Origin: Clostridia bacterium
Lineage (GTDB): Bacteria; Bacillota; Clostridia; Oscillospirales; CAG-382
Direction: 5' to 3'
Length of the DNA: 46,466 nucleotides
Assembly (NCBI GenBank): GCA_017630915.1
Contig: JAGBUH010000053.1
Location: forward strand, 1 to 46,466
Position numbers and translations under genes: made by a program. Numbering within the stretch: the stretch's first letter is position 1; each line of letters starts with the position of its first letter. Below, in pieces: positions 30,864-40,584 of this stretch. Below the pieces are notes generated by a model. The model did no database searches and was not told where the DNA came from. It was given only the letters and a program-made list of their open reading frames with translations.

Positions 30864-33323
30864 TTACACGTTATAGTTGGAGAATGCAATTCTCTTGATG
30901 AGCAAATAATCTACCGAATCGATTATATCGTTTTCGTCAATATCTGCGGTTAGTCTTTCTTGTTCATTGAGCGTGTAGGTGTTAAAACAATGACGTTTGA
31001 CCAAAAGATAATCCACTGAATCGACAACACCGTCTTCGTTTACATCGCCAAGCGGTATTTCAACAACCGGGGTGTCGGGTGACGCGTCTATTGAACCGTA
31101 AGCTTCAATTTCATTAACAAATGCGAAGTGGTCGGAGAGTATGAATTCAACTTTCAAATATCTTGCAGAACAGTCAAGCGGTATTTCGGTCCAATAACCG
31201 ACGTTTTCAGCTTTTGAAATAGTCATCGTTCCGACCGATTTGCCCCAATTTTCGCCGTCGTTAGAAACGTAAATGTTTATCGCTTCCGGTACACCGATTG
31301 CCCATGACGTGTTGTTGAGCAGATGCATTCTGATTGAATTCAACGCATATTTATCGCCGAGGTTGAAAATTGCATATCCTACTTTGTCGGGCGCGTTGAT
31401 ATCGGAACTACTTGCATTTTCGTGGTGATAGAATGCAAACCAGTTGGAAGTTGCATTGTAATTCAGGTTGGAAAAGGCGTTACCGTCGGTTAAGTTAGCG
31501 TTATAAGTGGATTTAACACCGCAACCCGAAATGTCATATTTTTTATTAAGCAGTATATTTTTTGCGGTGTCTTCATCTTCTTCGTCATCGGGAGGAGTGA
31601 TAGGATCACTTGTGTCATCGTTACTCGTATCCGAACTCGTATCCGAACTTGTGTCTGAACTTGTATCGTCGCTTATGTCGGGCGTTGTTCCTTCTGTGTC
31701 ATTTCTGCCGACCATGGCTTCGCCGCAGAATACAAAATTGTAGGTGCTGTTTATGAATGAGAACTTAACGTATCTTGCAGAAACGGGCTGTGTGACGAGG
31801 TTAATATATGCCGAAATTCCGTCATATTCAAGCATTGGTTGAGCAAGTAATTTAAAATCGCTTCCGTTGTCAGAAATATAAATCTTGATGTCATCCTTCG
31901 GAGCACTGATTCCGGAAGTATTTATGTTACTGAATTGTATCAAGAAGTTGGTTAGTCCCGAAGTGACTTTTCCAAGGTCTATCGTAACGTTCATTCTGCC
32001 GTCTGAATCAAGGAGCGAATTGTGGAACGCGTGCCATTCCGTACCTAACGCTGTTGTGCCGACAACGCCGTCGGTAAGTTCGGTTCCATCGTTGTCTTGA
32101 TAATCAATTGAGCCATCGCTGTAATATGGGGCGGAAGCAACGTAATCTTTTCCGATTGATATCCAATCAACGTCTTCGGGGATTTTGAATCCGCCTTCTC
32201 TGTATCTGTCGATATCACTTTGAGTCAAAGAGCCTTTTGCATATTTATAGGTAAGATCATAAATCGAACGTGCTGTTGATCCTCCGTAACTCCAAGCTGC
32301 GTAATACGCGCCTGTTTTACCGCCTTGGTAGTACATTTTAATCGAATCCATCGCACCGCCGTTCATACAACCTTCGAGATAATCGAGATAGCGGTTGTAA
32401 TATTCGCTGTCGGAAAAAACCTTGTGGTCGAGTTCTATTTCTACACACATTCCAAGGGAATTACAGGAATCTACACAGTTATCAACACGGTTTGCATCTG
32501 CGGTAGTTTGCCAATACATATTCGGTTGCATACAAGCAACGTCGAAACCAAGCGTTTTCCATTTAGAATATCCGTTTGATTGATAGTAGGGAATCCATAT
32601 AAACTTAAAACCCAATGAGTGAAGGTATTCCGAAGCATATTGGAACAGTTTGGTATCTTCCGTACCGAGCGAACCGCTTTGCAGACGTTCTTCGAGCCAA
32701 TAAAAACCGACAAGTTCGAGATTCTCGTATCCGGCTTCTTTATATAAGCGAAGCTGTTCGTCAATAATCCATTTTACCGCATACTGACGGTCGGCATATT
32801 TGTTCATATTTAGGCTTCTGCCGCCCAATGAACCGAATCTCGAACCTGCACTTTTGGCAGGATAAAGAATTGATAAAAACACACCGGCTTTTTTGTCGGG
32901 AGCGTTGAGTTTCGCTTTCGCTTCGCCGAAGGCGGTTTCAAGTGCGTTTACATTGGTATCGGGGTAGAACGTATCTTCGACATAGTCTTCCCAGTCAACA
33001 GCAAGACATGGGTTGGAACTGTTATAGTGCATACTGCCACCCGAAGTGCCGAGTTGAACGCAGGGGAGGAAAAGATAACTGTCAAAGAAAAAGTCTTTGA
33101 TATCTCCGCCGGCATCGTAATACGCAACGTAAGGCATAAGGTCCTGAACGGTATGACGCCCATTGTTAACGCCGTTAGGGTTCCACGTATAAGTCAAGCA
33201 AAGATTTTCATATCCGTTCATATCGGACGGAGAGGGGAATGCCGCGCTGACGCTATTGGGGAAAACCAAGATGATCGCTAAAAGCAGTGTAACAGCTAAT
33301 AAAAGTGATAATGTTTTTCTCAT
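30864..33323 (-). CDS. Secreted multidomain protein: a glycoside-hydrolase-like TIM-barrel region (resembles DUF4855), two discoidin-like modules, an acidic Ser/Thr/Asp linker and a C-terminal dockerin
   Basis: The start is trimmed to ATG 33323 (GGAGG 5 nt upstream), giving the signal peptide MRKTLSLLLAVTLLLAIILVFPNSVSA. N-terminal motifs are FFFDSYLFLP, VFLSILYP, VGFYWLEE and FIWIPYY. The discoidin-like modules carry LTDG ... GISAPKDDIKIYIS ... ARYVKF. The linker is DTSSDTSSDTSSDTS. The dockerin is GDVNEDGVVDSVDYLLVKRHCFNT ... ADIDENDIIDSVDYLLIKR (30864-31052). Confidence 0.88.
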   Translation of the reverse strand: MRKTLSLLLAVTLLLAIILVFPNSVSAAFPSPSDMNGYENLCLTYTWNPNGVNNGRHTVQDLMPYVAYYDAGGDIKDFFFDSYLFLPCVQLGTSGGSMHYNSSNPCLAVDWEDYVEDTFYPDTNVNALETAFGEAKAKLNAPDKKAGVFLSILYPAKSAGSRFGSLGGRSLNMNKYADRQYAVKWIIDEQLRLYKEAGYENLELVGFYWLEERLQSGSLGTEDTKLFQYASEYLHSLGFKFIWIPYYQSNGYSKWKTLGFDVACMQPNMYWQTTADANRVDNCVDSCNSLGMCVEIELDHKVFSDSEYYNRYLDYLEGCMNGGAMDSIKMYYQGGKTGAYYAAWSYGGSTARSIYDLTYKYAKGSLTQSDIDRYREGGFKIPEDVDWISIGKDYVASAPYYSDGSIDYQDNDGTELTDGVVGTTALGTEWHAFHNSLLDSDGRMNVTIDLGKVTSGLTNFLIQFSNINTSGISAPKDDIKIYISDNGSDFKLLAQPMLEYDGISAYINLVTQPVSARYVKFSFINSTYNFVFCGEAMVGRNDTEGTTPDISDDTSSDTSSDTSSDTSNDDTSDPITPPDDEEDEDTAKNILLNKKYDISGCGVKSTYNANLTDGNAFSNLNYNATSNWFAFYHHENASSSDINAPDKVGYAIFNLGDKYALNSIRMHLLNNTSWAIGVPEAINIYVSNDGENWGKSVGTMTISKAENVGYWTEIPLDCSARYLKVEFILSDHFAFVNEIEAYGSIDASPDTPVVEIPLGDVNEDGVVDSVDYLLVKRHCFNTYTLNEQERLTADIDENDIIDSVDYLLIKRIAFSNYNV
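31625..31672. repeat. Imperfect 12-bp tandem repeat (x4) encoding the (SSDT)n linker
   Basis: The four units are TCGTATCCGAAC, TCGTATCCGAAC, TTGTGTCTGAAC and TTGTATCGTCGC. Confidence 0.7.
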
Positions 33324-33520
33324 AAATTCCTCCGTTGCGATTTTGTACATCATAACATAAAAAAATCAAACGCGCAATACGCAATAATTATTTTGTAAAA
33401 AATAACATTTTGTGAATTTTTTTGATTTGTTGTTATGAGCTATCAATAATACGATTCAAAAAAAGCAATCCGTTCAAAAAATGTGTTGGGTTTGAAAAAT
33501 AGATTATGTTCAAAAATTTG

Positions 33521-33549
33521 TTGACATTTAATATCTACGGTGTTAAAAT
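33521..33549 (+). promoter_or_regulatory. Sigma-A promoter for dapA-dapB
   Basis: TTGACA (33521-33526), 17-nt spacer, TAAAAT (33544-33549), with TGT upstream (extended -10). Confidence 0.55.
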
Positions 33550-33600
33550 ATAATGAATAAGATTTATAAACTTTGATGTGATTCTTGGAGGAAAAGCATT

Positions 33601-34494
33601 ATGTCTATACATAAACCCATTTTTAAAGGAACCGCTACCGCACTTATCACTCCGTTCAAAGATGGTAAGGTGGATTTTGAAGCACTTGAAAAAATACTTG
33701 AATTCCAAATCCAAGGCGGAATTGATGCGCTTGTTGTTTGCGGCACGACCGGTGAACCTGCTACGTTAGACGACGATGAACATAAACGCGTTGTTGAATT
33801 TACGATTGAAAAGGTTAACCGCCGTGTTCCCGTTATTGCAGGTACGGGTTCTAACAACACCCAATATGCTGTTGAACTTTCACGTTTTGCCGAAAAAGCG
33901 GGTGCAGACGGTCTTTTGCTTGTAACTCCGTATTATAATAAATGCTCTCAAAAGGGTATCGTCAGCCACTTCAATACCGTTGCCGATTCGGTAAATCTCC
34001 CTTGTATTTTGTACAACGTTCCCGGCAGAACGGGTTTCTGTATTTCTGTTGATTCGTATAAGCAACTTTCAAGACATGAAAATATCGTTGCTACAAAAGA
34101 AGCAAGCGGCAACCTTCTTCTTATGATGGAAGTTTTGGAAGCTTGTGAAGGCTACATGGATATGTATAGCGGCGACGACCAACAAGTCGTTCCTCTTATG
34201 TCAATGGGTGCGATCGGTTGTATTTCGGTATTCTCCAACATCATGCCTACCGAAGCACACCTTATGACTAAATACTGCCTTGACGGCGATTTCAAATCCG
34301 CTGCTAAAATGCAACTTAAATATCTCCGTCTTATGAACGGCTTGTTTATGCAGGTTAACCCCATTCCCGTCAAGACCGCTGTTTCAAAGATGGGATTTTG
34401 CACCGACGAATTCCGTATGCCACTTTGCCCGATGGACGATGCCGATAACGAAAAATTGTTTGCACTTATGCGCGAACAAGGCTTGTGCAAATAG
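33601..34494 (+). CDS. dapA: 4-hydroxy-tetrahydrodipicolinate synthase
   Basis: GTATALITPF and VVCGTTGEPATL motifs; 297 aa; GGAGG RBS; dapB follows directly. Confidence 0.95.
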   Translation: MSIHKPIFKGTATALITPFKDGKVDFEALEKILEFQIQGGIDALVVCGTTGEPATLDDDEHKRVVEFTIEKVNRRVPVIAGTGSNNTQYAVELSRFAEKAGADGLLLVTPYYNKCSQKGIVSHFNTVADSVNLPCILYNVPGRTGFCISVDSYKQLSRHENIVATKEASGNLLLMMEVLEACEGYMDMYSGDDQQVVPLMSMGAIGCISVFSNIMPTEAHLMTKYCLDGDFKSAAKMQLKYLRLMNGLFMQVNPIPVKTAVSKMGFCTDEFRMPLCPMDDADNEKLFALMREQGLCK

Positions 34495-34502
34495 GTAATT
34501 AT

Positions 34503-35267
34503 ATGAAAATAATAGTAAATGGTGCGTGCGGCAGAATGGGTAGGGAAATAATCGCTTCTGCCAATGCTTCGGGTGTCGAAATTGCCGCCGCCGTAGATAA
34601 ATTCGGAACACCCGATTTTGATATCCCTTTTTATAAATCTATCGAAGACGTTAAAGAATCCGCCGACGCGGTGATTGATTTTACTCACCATACTGCCGTT
34701 CCCGAAATTTGTGCTTACGTTCGCAAAACGGGCACGCCTTGTGTCGTCGCTTCTACTGGACATACCGAGAGCGAACTTTCGATGCTCAAAGCGCTTTCTA
34801 ACGAATATGCGGTGTTTTATTCGCGTAATATGTCGCTTGGTATAAATCTGCTTATCGACCTTTGTAAGAGTGCGGTAAAAGCATTTGGCGGTGATTGCGA
34901 TATCGAAATTATCGAAAAACACCATCGTAATAAATTAGATGCTCCGAGCGGCACTGCACTTATGATTGCCGAAGGAATCGCCGAACTTATGCCCGAAGGC
35001 ACGGATTTTGTGACCGAACGCGCGTCAAGAAGAATGGTTCGCCCCAATAACGAAATCGGTATTTCTTCTATCCGTTGCGGCGGTATCTTCGGTGAACATG
35101 AGGTGCTTTTGAGCCGTAACGGCGAAACCGTCAGTTTGAAACATACCGCTGAAAGCCGTGCCCTTTTTGCCGAAGGGGCGCTTAAAGCCGCTTCCTATAT
35201 TGTAAGCAAAAAAAATGGTATGTACTCGATGAAAGACCTGCTTGCGGAATCGGTTAAGAACGCTTGA
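34503..35267 (+). CDS. dapB: 4-hydroxy-tetrahydrodipicolinate reductase
   Basis: MKIIVNGACGRMGREI (NAD-binding motif), and EIIEKHHRNKLDAPSGTA contains the E-x-HH-x-K-x-DAPSGTA signature. The start is set at ATG 34503, after the dapA stop. Confidence 0.93.
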   Translation: MKIIVNGACGRMGREIIASANASGVEIAAAVDKFGTPDFDIPFYKSIEDVKESADAVIDFTHHTAVPEICAYVRKTGTPCVVASTGHTESELSMLKALSNEYAVFYSRNMSLGINLLIDLCKSAVKAFGGDCDIEIIEKHHRNKLDAPSGTALMIAEGIAELMPEGTDFVTERASRRMVRPNNEIGISSIRCGGIFGEHEVLLSRNGETVSLKHTAESRALFAEGALKAASYIVSKKNGMYSMKDLLAESVKNA

Positions 35268-35342
35268 AGAATTTTGCAATAAAAGACATTTGATGTTGCA
35301 AAAAATATTGCCTGATCGACAAAAACAATATATATGCATGGC

Positions 35343-35379
35343 AAAAATGCAACAAAATTCATTTTTGGTTGCATTTTTT
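35343..35379 (+). terminator. Rho-independent terminator after dapB
   Basis: AAAATGCAAC (35344-35353) pairs perfectly (10 bp) with GTTGCATTTT (35368-35377), and a T-run continues after it. Confidence 0.65.
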
Positions 35380-35380
35380 G

Positions 35381-35409
35381 TTGACAATACGCGCACTTTT
35401 TGATACACT
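35381..35409 (+). promoter_or_regulatory. Sigma-A promoter for the citrate synthase operon
   Basis: TTGACA (35381-35386), 17-nt spacer, TACACT (35404-35409), with TGA upstream (extended -10). Confidence 0.55.
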
Positions 35410-35435
35410 ATCCTATACGAAAGGATGTAATTGTT

Positions 35436-36806
35436 ATGAACAGTAAATTAAATATAGAAATGATTGCCAACGCACTTCGCGAACATTCGGCGTTTGACGA
35501 ACAGATGTATACGAAGTATGGCGTAAAACGCGGACTTCGTAATCCCGACGGTACGGGTGTACTTGCAGGCATCACAAGAGTCAGCAACGTTCACGGTTAC
35601 GTTATTAACGAATATGAACGTGTTCCTTGCGAAGGCGAACTTTTTTACCGCGGTGTAAGTATTAACGACATAATAGACGCAAACGACAAACACGACAGAT
35701 TCGGTTATGACGAAACCTCGTGGTTGTTGCTTTTCGGTTCGCTTCCTACTCAGGACCAACTTGATTTTTATGACGCCCTTATGGACGAATACAGCGATCC
35801 CCCGATGTCCTTTATCGAGGATATGATTATGCGCGCGCCCAGTCCCGATATTATGAACAAACTTGCAAGAAGTGTGCTTGCACTTTATAGTTATGACGAA
35901 AACCCCGACGACAATTCTATCGAAAACGTGCTTCGTCAATCTCTAATGATAATCGCGCGTATGCCTATGATTATGACGGCGGCATATCAGGTTAAAAAAC
36001 GTTATTACGATAATGAAAGCTTCTTCCTACATTCTCCGATTCCCGGTCAAAGCATGGCTGAAAATATACTCTCGATGCTTCGTTTCGACCGTAAATTCAC
36101 TCACGAGGAAGCAAAACTTCTTGATAAATGTCTTATACTTCATGCCGAACACGGCGGCGGTAATAACTCCACTTTCGCGGTTCGTGCATTGACTTCTTCG
36201 GGTACGGATACCTTCTCGGCAATCGCCGCAGGTATCGGTGCATTGAAAGGGCCACGCCACGGCGGTGCGAATATAAAGGTTTTAAAGATGCTTGACGGCA
36301 TCAAAGAAAACGTTCGCGATTATAAAGATGATGAGGAAGTAAGCGCATATTTGCAAAAACTTCTAAACCGTGAAGCAGGCGACAGAAGCGGTCTTATCTA
36401 CGGTGTCGGCCACGCGGTTTATACTTTGAGCGATCCACGTGCGCTTATCCTGCGCAAAGCGGCAGAAGAACATTGCGATATGTTTGGAATGCGCGGCGAT
36501 TTCGAGCTGTTGCATTCGGTTGAACGTTTGGCACCTACGTTGTTGCAAAATAAAATGCAAGATGGTAACGCGATCTGCGCCAATGTTGACCTTTATTCGG
36601 GTCTTGTTTACCGTATGCTCGGTATACCCGAAGAAATGTACACTCCGTTGTTTGCGATTGCTCGTCTTTCGGGTTGGTGTGCACACCGTTTGGAAGAAAT
36701 CATCACTTGCCGTCGAATTATGCGTCCTGCATACAGAACTTTCCACGGCAGATTACCGTATATCGAGATTGAAGACAGAAAGGATAACATAAAATGTCAG
36801 GATTGA
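35436..36806 (+). CDS. Citrate synthase (Si-type citrate/2-methylcitrate synthase family)
   Basis: HAEHGGGNNSTF, GPRHGGA and GVGHAVY motifs. The start is set at ATG 35436 (AAAGGA RBS). Confidence 0.92.
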   Translation: MNSKLNIEMIANALREHSAFDEQMYTKYGVKRGLRNPDGTGVLAGITRVSNVHGYVINEYERVPCEGELFYRGVSINDIIDANDKHDRFGYDETSWLLLFGSLPTQDQLDFYDALMDEYSDPPMSFIEDMIMRAPSPDIMNKLARSVLALYSYDENPDDNSIENVLRQSLMIIARMPMIMTAAYQVKKRYYDNESFFLHSPIPGQSMAENILSMLRFDRKFTHEEAKLLDKCLILHAEHGGGNNSTFAVRALTSSGTDTFSAIAAGIGALKGPRHGGANIKVLKMLDGIKENVRDYKDDEEVSAYLQKLLNREAGDRSGLIYGVGHAVYTLSDPRALILRKAAEEHCDMFGMRGDFELLHSVERLAPTLLQNKMQDGNAICANVDLYSGLVYRMLGIPEEMYTPLFAIARLSGWCAHRLEEIITCRRIMRPAYRTFHGRLPYIEIEDRKDNIKCQD

Positions 36807-38719
36807 CTATCGCTCAAAAAATAATCAAAGCGCACCTTGTTGAAGGTGAAATGATAAAGGGTACTCCTATCGGTCTTAAAATCGACCAAACACTTACCCA
36901 AGACGCAACGGGTACTATGGCATACCTTGAATTTGAGGCAATGGGTATTCCGCGCGTTAAAACCGAACTTTCGGTTGCATATATCGACCATAACACGCTT
37001 CAAAACGGCTTTATGAACGCCGACGACCATTTGTATATCCGTACCTGCGCTAAAAAATACGGTTTGTATTTCTCACGCCCCGGTAACGGTATCTGCCACC
37101 AAGTCCATCTTGAACGTTTTGGTGTCCCCGGCAAAACCTTAATCGGTTCTGACAGCCATACACCGACGGGCGGCGGCTTGGGTATGCTTGCATTCGGTGC
37201 AGGCGGTCTTGACGTTGCGGTTGCAATGGGCGGCGGTGCATATCACATCACTATGCCCGAAATGGTAAGAGTTAATTTGACAGGCAAACTCAATGATTGG
37301 GTTTCTGCTAAGGACGTCATTCTCGAAGTGCTTCGCCGTTTGAGTGTTAAGGGCGGTGTCGGCAGAATTATCGAATACGGAGGAGAGGGTGTTAAAACCC
37401 TAACCGTTCCCGAACGCGGAACTATTACCAACATGGGCGCGGAATTGGGTGCTTCTACTTCGGTATTCCCCTCCGACGAAAACACTCGTCTTTTCCTTGC
37501 CGCACAAGGCAGAGAAGACCAATATGTTGAATTAAAAGCAGATGACGATGCCGAATACGACCTCGTTATTGATATCAACCTTTCCGAACTTGTTCCTGCG
37601 GCGGCTTGTCCTCACAGCCCCGATAACGTAAAGTCAATTGAAGAAATCGGAAACATTAAAGTTGACCAAGTTTGTATCGGTTCTTGCACAAACTCGTCGT
37701 TTGTCGATTTGATGAAGGTTGCCCACATTTTAAAGGGCAAAACGGTTCACGATAACGTTTCGCTTTCTATCGCCCCCGGTAGTAAGCAGGTTTATAATAT
37801 GCTTGCCGAATGCGGTGCGTTGAGTTGGATGATAGATGCAGGCGCGAGAATTTTGGAAAGCGCTTGCGGTCCTTGTATCGGTATGGGACAATCGCCTCAA
37901 TCGGCAGGTGTTTCACTCCGTACATTTAACCGTAACTTCCTCGGAAGAAGCGGTACAAAGGATGCACAGGTTTATCTTGTCAGCCCCGAAACTGCTGCAA
38001 TCTCGGCTCTTACGGGCGTTTTGACAGACCCGAGAACCATCGGTGCTATGCCCGAAATTTCGATGCCTACCCGTTTCATGATAAACGATAATATGGTTAT
38101 CAAACCTGCAACGGTTGAAGAAGCGGTTAATGTTGAGGTCGTTCGCGGTCCTAATATTAAACCTTTCCCCGAAAGCAAACCTGTTCCCGAAACGATTGAT
38201 TGCGAATGTATCTTGAAAGTCGGCGACAATATCACCACCGACCATATCATGCCTGCTGGCGCGAAGATTCTTCCTTACCGTTCTAATATTCCTTATCTTT
38301 CTAACTTCTGCTTTGAAGTTTGTGACGAGGAATTTCCTGCACGTGCCAAAGAAAAGAACGGCGGTATAATCATCGGCGGAGAAAACTACGGTCAGGGTTC
38401 TTCTCGCGAACACGCCGCACTCGTTCCGTTGTATTTGGGCGTTAAGGCTGTAATTGCAAAGAGTTTTGCGCGTATCCACGCAGCCAACCTCGTTAATGCA
38501 GGTATCTTGCCCTTGACTTTTGCAAATCCCGACGATTACGATGCTATCGCTCTTGGCGATAAACTTAATCTTTCGGATATTCGCGCTTGTATCAAAGACG
38601 GAAAAGATGTTGCTATGACTGCAAACGGCAAGGAAATCAAACTTGTTTCCTCGCTTTCCGAACGCGATAGAGATATAATTCTCGCAGGCGGTTTGCTTGA
38701 ATATACCAAGCAAGCATAA
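36794..38719 (+). CDS. Aconitate hydratase (641-aa clostridial-type aconitase)
   Basis: Fe-S ligand context: SDSHT, IGSCTNSS and CGPCIGMG. The swivel domain carries GENYGQGSSREHAA. It overlaps the citrate synthase stop by 13 nt. Confidence 0.93.
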   Translation: MSGLTIAQKIIKAHLVEGEMIKGTPIGLKIDQTLTQDATGTMAYLEFEAMGIPRVKTELSVAYIDHNTLQNGFMNADDHLYIRTCAKKYGLYFSRPGNGICHQVHLERFGVPGKTLIGSDSHTPTGGGLGMLAFGAGGLDVAVAMGGGAYHITMPEMVRVNLTGKLNDWVSAKDVILEVLRRLSVKGGVGRIIEYGGEGVKTLTVPERGTITNMGAELGASTSVFPSDENTRLFLAAQGREDQYVELKADDDAEYDLVIDINLSELVPAAACPHSPDNVKSIEEIGNIKVDQVCIGSCTNSSFVDLMKVAHILKGKTVHDNVSLSIAPGSKQVYNMLAECGALSWMIDAGARILESACGPCIGMGQSPQSAGVSLRTFNRNFLGRSGTKDAQVYLVSPETAAISALTGVLTDPRTIGAMPEISMPTRFMINDNMVIKPATVEEAVNVEVVRGPNIKPFPESKPVPETIDCECILKVGDNITTDHIMPAGAKILPYRSNIPYLSNFCFEVCDEEFPARAKEKNGGIIIGGENYGQGSSREHAALVPLYLGVKAVIAKSFARIHAANLVNAGILPLTFANPDDYDAIALGDKLNLSDIRACIKDGKDVAMTANGKEIKLVSSLSERDRDIILAGGLLEYTKQA

Positions 38720-38720
38720 T

Positions 38721-39170
38721 GTCATCCTGAGCGAAGCAAAACGGTTATAAAACCGTTTTGCGAAGTCGAACTTTCGCGTTGGCGAAAGCGATTTGCGTTA
38801 GCGCAAATCGGGATATACGTCTAATCTTGCATAAAACCAAAAAAGATTTATAATGTATTACGTTTACATATTGACTACCAAAAACAATAAAATGCTGTAT
38901 ATCGGCGTTACAAACGATTTGCAGAGAAGATTTTACGAGCATAAAAATAAAATGCTCGACGGTTTCAGCAAGAAGTACAATATTAACAAACTCGTATATT
39001 ACGAGGAATTTCACGATATTAACGAAGCTATCGCTCGTGAAAAACAATTAAAAGGTTGGAAAAGATTTAAGAAAAACGTTCTGGTAGAAACAGATAATCC
39101 AAGTTGGGCTGAATTGAGTTTTTAGTATATCCTTCGGCTGCGCGGCTCGCGCCGCTTCGCTCAGGATGAC
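38721..39170 (+). mobile_element. GIY-YIG cassette bounded by perfect 17-bp inverted repeats, inserted in the aconitase-icd spacer
   Basis: GTCATCCTGAGCGAAGC (38721-38737) and its exact reverse complement GCTTCGCTCAGGATGAC (39154-39170) flank the 90-aa GIY-YIG ORF. Three perfect small hairpins lie inside the left arm at 38738-38759, 38772-38789 and 38789-38811. Confidence 0.6.
38853..39125 (+). CDS. GIY-YIG nuclease family protein (small UPF0213/YhbQ-like type)
   Basis: MYYVYILTTKNNKMLYIGVTNDLQRRFYEHKN...AIAREKQLKGW contains the GIY (YVY) and YIG motifs, the conserved R/E residues and the typical KGW ending. No Shine-Dalgarno sequence is visible upstream. Confidence 0.88.
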   Translation: MYYVYILTTKNNKMLYIGVTNDLQRRFYEHKNKMLDGFSKKYNINKLVYYEEFHDINEAIAREKQLKGWKRFKKNVLVETDNPSWAELSF

Positions 39171-39246
39171 GGCCTAACGTTGCGTTTTCTGAATACACAA
39201 TTTCAAAAATCCCCTTAAACCCATATACAACTAAGGAGAAATCAAC

Positions 39247-40443
39247 ATGGCAAAAATACAGATGAAAACGCCGCTTGTCGAAATGGACGGCGATGAAATG
39301 ACAAGAATTATCTGGAAACAGATAAAGGATATTCTTCTTCTTCCGTATATCGACCTCAAAACCGAATATTATGACCTCGGTTTAGAGTGCCGTAACGAAA
39401 CTAACGACCAAGTTACCATCGATTCCGCAAACGCTACCAAAAAATACGGCGTTGCGGTAAAATGCGCTACAATTACGCCCAACGCGGCAAGAATGACCGA
39501 ATATAACCTTAAAGAAATGTGGAAATCGCCTAACGGTACAATACGTGCGATTTTAGACGGTACTGTTTTCCGTACTCCTATTATCGTCAAAGGTATTCCG
39601 CCTTACGTTCGTAATTGGACAAAGCCGATTTCTATTGCTCGTCATGCTTACGGAGATATCTATAAGGCGACCGAACTTCGCGCAGAAGCAGGAAGCAAAG
39701 CCGAACTTGTTGTTACAACGCCTGACGGAAAAGAAACTCGTGCACTTATCCAAGATTTCAAAACATCGGGTATAGTTCAGGGTATTCATAACATCGATAA
39801 GTCCATCGAGGGCTTTGCAAGAAGTTGCTTTAATTACGCGCTTGATACGGGTATGTCGCTTTGGTTCTCGTCGAAAGACACGATAAGTAAAACTTATGAC
39901 CACCGTTTCAAAGATATCTTCGCGGAAATCTATGAAAACGAATATAAAGAAAAGTTCGAACAAGCAGGTATTGAGTATTTTTATACCCTCATCGACGATG
40001 CCGTTGCACGTGTTATCCGTTCCGAAGGCGGCTTTATCTGGGCTTGTAAGAATTACGACGGCGACGTTATGAGTGACATGGTTTCCACCGCTTACGGTTC
40101 ACTTGCAATGATGACAAGCGTTCTCGTTTCGCCTGATGGAATCTATGAATACGAGGCGGCTCACGGTACGGTTCAACGCCATTATTACAATCACCTTAAA
40201 GGCTTGCCTACCTCGACTAACTCGGTTGCGACGATTTTTGCTTGGACGGGCGCACTCCGTAAGAGAGGCGAACTTGACGAAATCCCCGAACTTTGCGAAT
40301 TTGCGGATAAACTTGAACGCGCTTGCATTGATACTATCGAAAGCGGTATCATGACAAAAGACCTTTACCTTATTTCCACTCTTGAAAATAAAACACAGGT
40401 TGATACCGTTGGTTTCTTGGAAGCGATTGCGTCAAGACTTTAA
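39247..40443 (+). CDS. icd: NADP-dependent isocitrate dehydrogenase (subfamily II, eukaryote-like type)
   Basis: The N-terminus [20 protein letters not shown]...YYDLGLE...[23 protein letters not shown] is characteristic of IDH1/2-like enzymes. 398 aa; AAGGAGAA RBS. Confidence 0.95.
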   Translation: MAKIQMKTPLVEMDGDEMTRIIWKQIKDILLLPYIDLKTEYYDLGLECRNETNDQVTIDSANATKKYGVAVKCATITPNAARMTEYNLKEMWKSPNGTIRAILDGTVFRTPIIVKGIPPYVRNWTKPISIARHAYGDIYKATELRAEAGSKAELVVTTPDGKETRALIQDFKTSGIVQGIHNIDKSIEGFARSCFNYALDTGMSLWFSSKDTISKTYDHRFKDIFAEIYENEYKEKFEQAGIEYFYTLIDDAVARVIRSEGGFIWACKNYDGDVMSDMVSTAYGSLAMMTSVLVSPDGIYEYEAAHGTVQRHYYNHLKGLPTSTNSVATIFAWTGALRKRGELDEIPELCEFADKLERACIDTIESGIMTKDLYLISTLENKTQVDTVGFLEAIASRL

Positions 40444-40454
40444 AAGAATACAGA

Positions 40455-40496
40455 ACAGGAATCTCATTTGTTTAAGATGTTGATTCCTGTTTTTTG
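40455..40496 (+). terminator. Rho-independent terminator after icd
   Basis: ACAGGAATC (40455-40463) pairs with GATTCCTGT (40482-40490), followed by TTTTT. Confidence 0.75.
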
Positions 40497-40522
40497 TTGT
40501 TTTCCAAAAGCACCGCCAACTA

Positions 40523-40551
40523 TTGACTTTTGTGTCTTATTGTTGTATAAT
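40523..40551 (+). promoter_or_regulatory. Sigma-A promoter for the GT2 gene
   Basis: TTGACT (40523-40528), 17-nt spacer, TATAAT (40546-40551). Confidence 0.5.
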
Positions 40552-40584
40552 CAGTAAAACAAATACTGCCACGGAGGCTACATC

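Noticed and set aside
33354-33600. Lysine riboswitch (L-box) upstream of dapA
   Set aside because: The region is AT-rich with A-tracts and a consensus promoter only 50 nt from the start codon. It has no room for, and no conserved elements of, an L-box.
38828-38858. Promoter-like TTGCAT-N16-TATAAT in front of the GIY-YIG ORF
   Set aside because: The -10 hexamer overlaps the ATG itself, so a transcript started there would lack the start codon. Expression by read-through from the aconitase gene is more likely.
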